Positions 48,709 to 56,881 of a DNA stretch of 64,000 bases are shown here, piece after piece (within the stretch, counting starts at the first letter, position 1; every line of letters begins with the position of its first letter). The notes under the pieces are model-generated. The model did no database searches. It had not been told where the DNA came from and worked only from the letters and a program-made list of their open reading frames with translations. Position numbers and translations under genes: made by a program. This stretch comes from Gammaproteobacteria bacterium (GTDB lineage Bacteria; Pseudomonadota; Gammaproteobacteria; Steroidobacterales; JBCCMA01), in assembly GCA_045107005.1 (NCBI GenBank), contig JBGCFP010000040.1, positions 10,470 to 74,469 of the forward strand, in the 5' to 3' direction.

Positions 48709-49628
48709 CGCGCCAGCGCCCCCTCGACCCGACAACGCTCGCCCGAATTCGCGATTTGAAATTGCTGGCCCGGGTGGTGGTCGACGGTGCCCTGCACGGA
48801 ATCCACACCAGTCGTCAACGTGGCGAAGGCATGGAGTTCTCCGAATACCGTCAGTACGAGCCCGGTGACGACCCGCGTCAGATCGATTGGAAACTTTACG
48901 CCCGCTCCGACAAGGTCTTCGTCCGCCAGTCCGAGCGCGAAAGCCATGTGCCGGTCTGGATCATCGTCGACACGAGCGCATCGATGGCGCAGCCCAGCGC
49001 CGATGTCAGCGACTGGACGCGGCTCGACTGCGCGCGCGCCCTGGCGGCCAGTCTGGCGTATGTCTGCCAACAACAGGGGGACGCGTTCGGGCTACTCAGC
49101 CTCAACGACACCAACCGATCCTACCTCCCGTGCCGCGATGATGACCGCCAGCTCGACCGATTCGTCGCCGCGCTGAATCGGCTCGACGCGCAAGGTCAGT
49201 GGCCCAACACGACGCAACTCGACGCGCTGTGGGATCAGCTTCAGGGGCCCGGACTGGTCGTTGTCATCAGCGATTTCCTGCAAGACAGTCACGAAATTGA
49301 GCAGCTCCTTGGCAAGCTTGCCGGGCAACGCAAGGAGGTGCTGACACTCCAACTGCTGACGCGAGAGGAAGTGACCTTCCCGTATCACGGCAACATTGCG
49401 TTTCGCGATCGCGAGACCAATGAACAGGTTTTCGCCGATGCCGCGTCGGTGCGCGAACGCTATCTGGGCGCACTTAAAAGAGCGCGGCGTCATTGGATTG
49501 CAACGCTCGCGGGCTTGAACATTCAGGATTTTCTGACGCTGATTGAGGAACCTCTGGACGATACGTTGCGCCACTTCCTGAAACACCGTCGGCGCTTCGA
49601 TCGATCGCTGTTGCGTGAGACTCACTAG
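48705..49628 (+). CDS. DUF58 (vWA-like) protein, MoxR partner
   Basis: GIHTSRQRGEGMEFSEYRQYEPGDDPRQIDWK is the hallmark DUF58 motif. It has an ATGA overlap with the MoxR gene. Confidence 0.9.
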   Translation: MTRQRPLDPTTLARIRDLKLLARVVVDGALHGIHTSRQRGEGMEFSEYRQYEPGDDPRQIDWKLYARSDKVFVRQSERESHVPVWIIVDTSASMAQPSADVSDWTRLDCARALAASLAYVCQQQGDAFGLLSLNDTNRSYLPCRDDDRQLDRFVAALNRLDAQGQWPNTTQLDALWDQLQGPGLVVVISDFLQDSHEIEQLLGKLAGQRKEVLTLQLLTREEVTFPYHGNIAFRDRETNEQVFADAASVRERYLGALKRARRHWIATLAGLNIQDFLTLIEEPLDDTLRHFLKHRRRFDRSLLRETH

Positions 49629-50737
49629 TGGGCGTTGGCTGGCCGGCCGCCTTGTCAGGGTTAGCAGCGCTACTGATTCCGCTGTTGATCCATCTGTTAC
49701 AGCGCGGCGAGCATCGTGTCGTCCATGTCGCCATCACACGGTTCGTACCCGAGCAGCAGCGGCTGCGTTGGCGGCGCCTCAGGCTTTCGCAACCGATACT
49801 GCTCGCCCTGCGCCTACTCTTGATTGGCCTTGCCGTACTGCTGTTGGCCGAGCCGTATTGGCGTATCGCGGACAGCACCGACACCGAGCGGGCGTGGACG
49901 CTGATCTCGCCTCAGGCCGAGTTTGCCCAAGCGGACGCCGGCAACGGTTCGCGCTGGCTGGCACCTGGCTTTCCGCTGGCGTCAGAACCGCGCCCACCGT
50001 GGCAACCCGGGCAGTTGTGGTCACTGCTCGATGCCGCTCATCTTGCGGCACCGGCTGGTGTGCCGCTCAAGGTCGTTACGCCAAGTGTCGCCGCCGAGTT
50101 CGCGGCTCGACGGGCGCAGGTACCGCGCTCGATCCAGTGGGTTGCGGCGCCATCGCGCGATGCAGAAATACCCGTTCGCGAACCCATCCGGATACGAATC
50201 TTCGCCGATGCGGATCGCCAGTCGGATGCGATGGTCATCGAGCAAGCGGTAGAAGCGTGGCGCGATGCCGGCATCGACGTCGCGACGCAACGGATTTCCC
50301 GTCTACCGCTGGACGCATCGTCCGCCGCTACCGTTTGGTTAAGCCGCCAACCCGTTCCGCAGGACAGCGGCGTCTGGCTGACAGATCAAAACCCGAGCAG
50401 TGACGCGCTGCCCGTTGCCTTCGACACCGACGGTCGCGCGTCGCTGCGCAAGGCCGTAACGGGCGCCCGTGAGGTGATCTACTTTGCAGCGGGACTAAGA
50501 GCAACCGACAAGCACGTCAGCGACGCCTCATTTGCGTTGCGATTGCTGCAAAGCCTGCAGTCGGGGGCGATGCAGACGCCACCCGCCGATTACCCCGTCA
50601 GCCTTTCGGCGCTCACGCCGTCCGCCGACAGCACACAAGCGCAACGAAGGCCGTTGCTCCGGCTGTTCCTTTCGTTAATTCTGATCACCGCGCTGATGGA
50701 GCGGATGCTCAGCGCCTACCTGATGCGCGCGACGTGA
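49628..50737 (+). CDS. membrane protein with BatA-type N-terminal double-transmembrane domain
   Basis: WPAALSGLAALLIPLLIHLLQR ... LLALRLLLIGLAVLLLAEP looks like an aerotolerance-regulator N-terminal domain (TIGR02226-like). There is also a C-terminal TM helix. The GTG start overlaps the DUF58 stop (TAGTG). Confidence 0.75.
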   Translation: MGVGWPAALSGLAALLIPLLIHLLQRGEHRVVHVAITRFVPEQQRLRWRRLRLSQPILLALRLLLIGLAVLLLAEPYWRIADSTDTERAWTLISPQAEFAQADAGNGSRWLAPGFPLASEPRPPWQPGQLWSLLDAAHLAAPAGVPLKVVTPSVAAEFAARRAQVPRSIQWVAAPSRDAEIPVREPIRIRIFADADRQSDAMVIEQAVEAWRDAGIDVATQRISRLPLDASSAATVWLSRQPVPQDSGVWLTDQNPSSDALPVAFDTDGRASLRKAVTGAREVIYFAAGLRATDKHVSDASFALRLLQSLQSGAMQTPPADYPVSLSALTPSADSTQAQRRPLLRLFLSLILITALMERMLSAYLMRAT

Positions 50738-52968
50738 CCACTGAAACGGGACGTCTTGCGGAGCTCGCCGCACGGGTGGTTCGCCAGCGGCGAGTCGCTG
50801 GCGCGTTGATCGTTGGTGTCCTGGTTCTCACCGGCGTGGCGCTGAGCCAGTCGGTGGCACCGGTCGCCGTGCGGTTGGCGGTCGGATTGGGCGTGCTGGT
50901 CCTGGGTGGCTGGTTACTGCGTCGCACGCGTCTCGACGGCGCCGCGAGCGCCACTGACTACGCGCGTCATCTGGACGCCATCGAGCCGTCACTGCAGGAC
51001 AGTTGCGAACTGTTGCTCAGGGATCGCTCGCAATTGACCGGATTGGCTGCACTGGCCCATGAGCGCGCGGCCAGCCAGTTTCAGGCTTTGGATCAGGACG
51101 GCGGACTTGCGTCGACGCTGCCGCCCTTCCCCTGGTCCTACGTTGCGGCCGCTGGTGGCACCGCCGCTGTGGTGTCGACGTTAAGCTTGCTGTGGTCGGC
51201 GACCGAAACGGTCGACGACCGTGACTCAATTGTTCGCCCGCGTATTGCGTCAGCGACCGTCACACTGGCGCCCCCTGCCTATCTCGATCTGGCCAACTCG
51301 CGAACGCGCCAACTCGATTTTTCGACCGTGGAGAACGCGCAAGTGCAGTGGCGCCTGGAGCTCGATCGATCGGCGGAACAGGTTGCACTGCTCTTCCACG
51401 ACGGGGAGCGACTGGCACTGACCGGCGCATCGAGCCGGCGCTGGGAATCTTCGTCGTGGTCCGCGCGCTCCACCGTTTACCAGGTCATGGTCGACGGTGA
51501 GGAAACGCCCATCAGCGTCCACCGGATCGACGCCATCGTGGATCAGGCGCCGGTACTTACCGTCGAGTCTCCCGACGTTTCCCTGTTGACGTTGGCCGCA
51601 GATGCCGATAGCGCCCAGCTCGCACTGACATTCCGTGCGCAGGACGATCATCGAGTGGTGGGTGCCGTGGCCAAGGTAACGCTGGCCCGCGGAAGCGGCG
51701 AGCAAGTCCGGTTTCGAGAGCAGGATTTCCCACTTGACGTCACGTTCAGCGATGACGCCAGGAGCATTAGCGTCGATCAATCCATTGATCTCATCGAACT
51801 GGGGATGACACCCGGCGATGAGCTGTATCTGTTCGCTCAGGTCACCGACAACGAACCCAACGAACCCAACATTGGCGTGAGCAGTACGTTTATCGTGCGC
51901 TGGCCAGGCGAAGACGCGGATGCCGAGCTGACCAAGGCCACCGTTGCGGTGTCGGTACTGCCCGAATTTTTCCGCAGCCAGAGGCAGATCATCATCGACA
52001 CGGAAAAACTGCTGCGCGACCGACCCAAGCTGGAGGAATCGGAGTTTGCGCAACTGGCGCAGACGCTCGCCATCGATCAGAAACTCCTGCGCTTGCGCTA
52101 CGGCCAATACCTCGGCGAGGAAGACGACAGCGGCATCGGTGCCGGTGCAACCCGTCCTGTCGCAACGGATGACGACGATCACGACGAAAACGAGGAAGAA
52201 CACGAAGACCACGACGAGCACGAGGCACACGAAGAGCAACAACAATACGACCTGCACGATGAGCACGATCACGCTGGCCACGCTGACGAATCGTTCCCGT
52301 CCGACAAGCCGGTCACAGGCGATGCCGATGCCGCGATTGCGCCGTACGCTCATTTTCATGACCGAGCCGAACAGTCCTCGTTATTCGACCTCAATACGAT
52401 ACAGCTGTTGCGCGCGGCGTTGTCCAACATGTGGGATGCCGAACTGCAACTGAGGCTGGCCCAACCGCAACCCGCGCTGCCCTTTGAATATGAAGCACTC
52501 AAGTACATCAAAGCGGTTCAGCAAGGACCGCGTATCTATCTGCGCAGAGCCGGGTTTCGACCAACGCCGATCGACGAGGCGAGACGCTTGACCGGCGATC
52601 TCGATGAAATTGTCGAGCGCCCGGTGGAACACAGCGTCGCGTCGGCCGGCGAGCAGCAGCAGATGCGTGAGTTGGCGAGCGAACTGGTGCGCGTTGTTCC
52701 GAGCGCTGAGCGCATTGACGAAACACTCGCAGCGCTGGTCCCCGGCATTCGCACGCGCGCGGCGAGCGAAGCCACCTGGCTCCCTCTGCTCGAGGCCTTG
52801 CAGCGATTCGACGCGGACCGGCTGTGCGCAGACTGCCGCACGCAGTTGGTCGCTGCGCTGTGGCGATCACTCACCCCGACACTCGCCACGCCAGGTGCCG
52901 TGGACGCCGCGCCGCATCCGGTGGAAGAGGCGTATCGCCAGCGCCAGACGCAGGTCAAGTCACCGTAA
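50734..52968 (+). CDS. large membrane-anchored protein of unknown function with His/Asp/Glu-rich tract (possibly DUF4175-like)
   Basis: 744 aa with two N-terminal TM helices (ALIVGVLVLTGVAL, LAVGLGVLVLGGWLL). A beta-rich middle region follows. The acidic/His tract is DDDDHDENEEEHEDHDEHEAHEEQQQYDLHDEHDHAGHADE. GTGA overlap with the upstream gene. Confidence 0.7.
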   Translation: MTTETGRLAELAARVVRQRRVAGALIVGVLVLTGVALSQSVAPVAVRLAVGLGVLVLGGWLLRRTRLDGAASATDYARHLDAIEPSLQDSCELLLRDRSQLTGLAALAHERAASQFQALDQDGGLASTLPPFPWSYVAAAGGTAAVVSTLSLLWSATETVDDRDSIVRPRIASATVTLAPPAYLDLANSRTRQLDFSTVENAQVQWRLELDRSAEQVALLFHDGERLALTGASSRRWESSSWSARSTVYQVMVDGEETPISVHRIDAIVDQAPVLTVESPDVSLLTLAADADSAQLALTFRAQDDHRVVGAVAKVTLARGSGEQVRFREQDFPLDVTFSDDARSISVDQSIDLIELGMTPGDELYLFAQVTDNEPNEPNIGVSSTFIVRWPGEDADAELTKATVAVSVLPEFFRSQRQIIIDTEKLLRDRPKLEESEFAQLAQTLAIDQKLLRLRYGQYLGEEDDSGIGAGATRPVATDDDDHDENEEEHEDHDEHEAHEEQQQYDLHDEHDHAGHADESFPSDKPVTGDADAAIAPYAHFHDRAEQSSLFDLNTIQLLRAALSNMWDAELQLRLAQPQPALPFEYEALKYIKAVQQGPRIYLRRAGFRPTPIDEARRLTGDLDEIVERPVEHSVASAGEQQQMRELASELVRVVPSAERIDETLAALVPGIRTRAASEATWLPLLEALQRFDADRLCADCRTQLVAALWRSLTPTLATPGAVDAAPHPVEEAYRQRQTQVKSP

Positions 52969-54737
52969 TGCAGTGGCCGACGACAATTGCGCTCGGCGGC
53001 GCCGCATTGCTGGCGATCGTCTGTTTGGTGCAGATCAGCGCGCTGCGCCAATCCAACCGACAGACCGTCCAAGTGTGGATAGCCGCCGGTTTGAACATCT
53101 TGTTTGCGACCGCTCTTTGGCTGTTTTTGTGGCCGCCCGCGACGACGCAAACCCAAACAGAGGTGATCGTGCTGACGCCGTCGGCGACGACCGCGCAGCG
53201 CGCCCGCGCAAGGCGCGCTCGACACGCCGTTGCCCTTGGCGCTGTAACACTGACCGAAGGAGAACAGCGGAACATCACACGCATCACCGATCTCGCTGGC
53301 ATCGAAACCCTGTTTGGCAGCGTCGCGACGCTGCGTGTCCTGGGTGCCGGCATCGCGCCGGATGAGTGGCCGGCCGTGCGCCCCTGGGAAGTCGAATTTT
53401 CGCCACCGACCGAAGCGTCCGGCGTGCGCTCCGCCGACTGGCCCCGCGAGCTTGAAACCGGCGCGCCGTTCACCGTAACCGGAGCGCTCAACGCCGCGAC
53501 GCCGCCCAACGTCAACGTGCACCTCCTCGATCCGGCAGGGGACATCGTCGCAACGGCACAAGCGGACGGACAGCAACGCTTCGAGCTCACGGACGCCACT
53601 CGCGCGCCCGGCAATTTTTTGTACGGCGTGCGGGTCGACGGGGGCGGTGGCGACATCATCGAACAGGTCACCATCCCGGTAAGCGTGCTGGAGCCCGAAC
53701 CGGTGCAACTATTGATGCTGTGGTCGGCACCGTCCTTTGAGGCGCGCTATTTGACCGACTGGGCGCGCAACGCAGGCGCCAGTATCGCCACCCGCATCGC
53801 CATCAGCCGCGATCGCTATCGCGAGCAGTTCGTGCGCGCTGCGCAGCGGTCGCTGACGACCATAACGCCAGCCATCGTCGCCGGGTTTGATGCCGTACTG
53901 CTCGATGCGCGCAGTTGGTCGGCGTTGAGCGGACCGGAACGCGACTCGCTGATTCGATCGGTTCGCGAAGACGGTCTGGGCATTCTGATGCTGGTGCCAC
54001 GCCTGGCGGATCTCGACGCGCCCGCCAGTGAATTTCCCGGACTGCGGATTGGCCCGGGCGGCGCTTCGTCGCTCGCGCTGGATCTGACCGCCACCGTAAC
54101 GCGCGGCGAAATTGCGCTCGCGTCACCGGAAACCACGCTGATTGAAAGCGGTATCGGTGAACCGCTGGCTGGCTTTCGCCGCGCTGACAGCGGCCGCTTT
54201 GGCATCACCCTCGTGACCGACAGCTATCAATTGGTGACGTCAGGACAGGCGGCGACGCATGCACAATATTGGCAATCGTTGATTGACGGCATGGCGCCCG
54301 GTGAGCCGACCCTGACGATGGACGTTCAGCCGGTGCGGCCCGTCGCCAACAAGCGCACCGCGCTGTGTTTTCGCGGCACCGACTTACCCGGCTCGGCGTC
54401 GTTGCGCAACACGGCGCAGAACGCGCAACAGATTCGGCTTGTCACACAAGCCCTGCACCCTGGCGAACGCTGCGGCTACTGGTGGCCGGCCCGCGTCGGC
54501 TGGCACCGCGTGAATGTGGGTACGTCGACCAAGCATGTTTACGTGCACGCCGAACAGGACTGGCGGGTGGCCCGCGATGCGACATCGGCGGTTGCCACAT
54601 CCTTGATCGCCAACGGCGACGTGACACAACGCACGCAAGAGCAAAGGGTAACCAGCGTCTGGTCCAGAGTACCGTTTGCGATTGGCGCTCTGCTGATCGG
54701 TAGCTGGCTGTGGTGGGAGCAAAAAAACCGCGGCTAG
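52968..54737 (+). CDS. membrane protein of unknown function, middle region reminiscent of GATase1/ThuA-like domains seen in Bat-type proteins
   Basis: The ATG at 52968 (MQWPTTIALGGAALLAIVCLV) overlaps the upstream stop (TAATG). There are N-terminal TM helices and a C-terminal TM helix (PFAIGALLIGSWLWW). The segment VQLLMLWSAPSFEARYL...GFDAVLLD...VREDGLGILMLV is present. Confidence 0.7.
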   Translation: MQWPTTIALGGAALLAIVCLVQISALRQSNRQTVQVWIAAGLNILFATALWLFLWPPATTQTQTEVIVLTPSATTAQRARARRARHAVALGAVTLTEGEQRNITRITDLAGIETLFGSVATLRVLGAGIAPDEWPAVRPWEVEFSPPTEASGVRSADWPRELETGAPFTVTGALNAATPPNVNVHLLDPAGDIVATAQADGQQRFELTDATRAPGNFLYGVRVDGGGGDIIEQVTIPVSVLEPEPVQLLMLWSAPSFEARYLTDWARNAGASIATRIAISRDRYREQFVRAAQRSLTTITPAIVAGFDAVLLDARSWSALSGPERDSLIRSVREDGLGILMLVPRLADLDAPASEFPGLRIGPGGASSLALDLTATVTRGEIALASPETTLIESGIGEPLAGFRRADSGRFGITLVTDSYQLVTSGQAATHAQYWQSLIDGMAPGEPTLTMDVQPVRPVANKRTALCFRGTDLPGSASLRNTAQNAQQIRLVTQALHPGERCGYWWPARVGWHRVNVGTSTKHVYVHAEQDWRVARDATSAVATSLIANGDVTQRTQEQRVTSVWSRVPFAIGALLIGSWLWWEQKNRG

Positions 54738-54759
54738 TCGTCCGGATTCCGGCGACGAC
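54737..54759 (+). terminator. weak candidate hairpin at the operon end
   Basis: gtcgtccggattccggcgacgac has 6 perfect outer base pairs plus an imperfect inner stem. There is no clear T-run (cggtttc follows). Confidence 0.3.
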
Positions 54760-54764
54760 CGGTT

Positions 54765-55058
54765 TCAGGAAACGTCAGCGAAGTTCCTCTCGCACTTGGG
54801 GCAACTCGATTCTTTGAACAGCGGACCATAGAGCGTCGCGTCCAATGTCGCCATCCACATCCACCGCGCTTTGCAAGACGGGCAAACCAGACCGGCCAAC
54901 GCCAGCACGTAACCCGCCGCCGCGATGATAGTGCCAACCGTCCACGATATGCCCAGTTGTTCGAACAGGGGCAACACGCTACCCGCAATCATCAGCAGCG
55001 CCGCAAGGACCAGTTTCCAGACTTGTCCGCTGTGTCGGATCACTGAATTGTTCATCAT
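54765..55058 (-). CDS. small membrane protein with C-terminal zinc-ribbon-like CxxC pairs
   Basis: 97 aa with two hydrophobic helices, then CPSCKARW ... CPKCERNF. Confidence 0.5.
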   Translation of the reverse strand: MMNNSVIRHSGQVWKLVLAALLMIAGSVLPLFEQLGISWTVGTIIAAAGYVLALAGLVCPSCKARWMWMATLDATLYGPLFKESSCPKCERNFADVS

Positions 55059-55091
55059 ATTTTTCTTCTTCTTGCTGTGATGGCTGGACGC

Positions 55092-55475
55092 TCAGAACAG
55101 ACGTAGCAAAGGCCCGACCAGCGAGCCGATGAGCAACGCCAGAGTCGCCAGCATTCCGGTCAGAAATCCGGCCCCGCGTGTGGCCGGGTCGGCCACGTAT
55201 GAGCGCTGAAACATAAAGCGACCGATGACATAAATGACGCCAAGCAAAGCGGCAATGCGCGCGTCGACAAACCAGCCAAACATCCACAACGCCGGAACGC
55301 TGACAACGAGCTGCTCGAGCGTGTTCTGCTGGACCCGAAAATGGCGTTCGAAGACAGGGTCGCCCGAGGTCGCTGGCGCCTTGATGCCAGACTCGCCACG
55401 GGCTTTGCCGACGCGCACGGTGAAATAGATGTATTGCAAGAGCATGAGCGCCGTGACGATCGCCACCCATTCCAT
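55092..55475 (-). CDS. MAPEG family membrane protein (microsomal GST-like)
   Basis: MEWVAIVTALMLLQYIYFTVRVGKAR...FERHFRVQQNTLEQL...YVIGRFMFQRSY is the MAPEG pattern. The ATG at 55475 gives the family-typical length of about 127 aa. The track ORF is extended upstream. Confidence 0.8.
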   Translation of the reverse strand: MEWVAIVTALMLLQYIYFTVRVGKARGESGIKAPATSGDPVFERHFRVQQNTLEQLVVSVPALWMFGWFVDARIAALLGVIYVIGRFMFQRSYVADPATRGAGFLTGMLATLALLIGSLVGPLLRLF

Positions 55476-55730
55476 TCTGTTGTCAAGCACGCAGGCCTCC
55501 AGGGCAAAGATCCAGTAGTCGTGGAGTATAGCGGCACGGCCGTCGCCGCGTATCACATTGCGAGAACAATTTGCCGAGCGTTCGATCCCGCGCGCGACCC
55601 GTGTGGACCGGTTCTGATCCGAGCGCCGGGAAACAAAAGGAAACAGGATAGCGAAGGCGCGCTCTGGACGCGCTGTCAGCGGGCATTTATCTGGAATTAG
55701 CCGGTCATAGGGGTCTGAAAAGCGACATCG

Positions 55731-55759
55731 ATGCGCCATCAACCAAGGAAATGGCGCAT
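55731..55759. promoter_or_regulatory. 9-bp perfect inverted repeat upstream of the RND operon (candidate operator or 5' UTR hairpin)
   Basis: ATGCGCCAT-caaccaaggaa-ATGGCGCAT, ending 41 nt before the ATG at 55800. Confidence 0.3.
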
Positions 55760-55799
55760 AATTGATGAGCTAAACCCCTTAAACACCTGAGACGATTGC

Positions 55800-56879
55800 A
55801 TGAAATCACTGGCGGTTATTGTTGTTTTGCTCGTGGCTGGCGCGGGCATTTACTGGAGCGCGACGCAAGACTCCAGCAGCACCCCCACAAGTGAGCGCCG
55901 CGGGCCGCCCGGGGGCTTTGGCAAGAAGCGGACGGTCCCCATTACTGTGGCCGACGTGATCAACCGGCCATTTGCGGATCAGGTTGAAGCCATCGGCACT
56001 GCTCGCGCCACCGAATCGGTCATCATCACGGCCAAGGTGACGGACAAGATTTCCAGCATCAATTTTGCCGACGGCGCGCGAGTCGAGAAAGGTGCGCTTC
56101 TGGTCGAGCTGACCAACGATGAGCAGGCGGCCCAGCTGGCCGAAGCCAAAGCCGATCGTGACGAGGCTCGCGCCCAACTCAAGCGCCTGGAAGAGCTGGT
56201 GCCCAAAAATACGGTCGCAGCGTCTCAGGTGGACGAATCCCGAGCGCGCTTCTCGATCGCCAATGCCCGACTCGAAGGTATCGTCGCGCGGCTCAAGGAC
56301 CGGGTGATTCGTGCGCCGTTTGCCGGCGTGCTGGGATTTCGCGAAATCAGCCCCGGTACGCTGGTGACCCCGGGCACGCGCATTACGACGCTGGACGACG
56401 TATCGACGCTGAAACTGGATTTCGCGGTACCGGAACTGTTCCTGGGCGCCATCGACATTGGCGATGCCGTGACCGCGTCGAGCCCGGCCTATCGCAAGGA
56501 GCAGTTCAGCGGCACGGTGACCGGTATCGATTCCCGAGTCGACGAGATCACACGCTCTGTCACCATCCGCGCGCTGCTGCCCAATGATCGCGGCGCGCTG
56601 CGCCCGGGCATGTTGCTCACTGTTGAATTGAAAACGGCTGAGCGCACGGCGCTTGCAGTGCCGGAAGCCTCGGTGATTCCCGTCGATCGCGAAGCCTACG
56701 TCTTTGTGATTGGCACCGATAACGTGGCCGAGCGGCGCACTGTCACAACAGGACAGCGCAGCGACGGCATGATCGAGATTCTCAGCGGCCTTGAGGCGGG
56801 TGAACGCGTCGCCGTGCTCGGCCTCGTCAGTCTGCGCAACGGCGTACCGGTGGTGATCAACGAGCCGGCAGGCGCCTGA
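55800..56879 (+). CDS. RND efflux periplasmic adaptor (membrane fusion protein)
   Basis: An N-terminal TM/signal, a coiled-coil hairpin (AQLAEAKADRDEARAQLKRLEEL), and IRAPFAGVLG. Confidence 0.9.
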   Translation: MKSLAVIVVLLVAGAGIYWSATQDSSSTPTSERRGPPGGFGKKRTVPITVADVINRPFADQVEAIGTARATESVIITAKVTDKISSINFADGARVEKGALLVELTNDEQAAQLAEAKADRDEARAQLKRLEELVPKNTVAASQVDESRARFSIANARLEGIVARLKDRVIRAPFAGVLGFREISPGTLVTPGTRITTLDDVSTLKLDFAVPELFLGAIDIGDAVTASSPAYRKEQFSGTVTGIDSRVDEITRSVTIRALLPNDRGALRPGMLLTVELKTAERTALAVPEASVIPVDREAYVFVIGTDNVAERRTVTTGQRSDGMIEILSGLEAGERVAVLGLVSLRNGVPVVINEPAGA

Positions 56880-56881
56880 TC

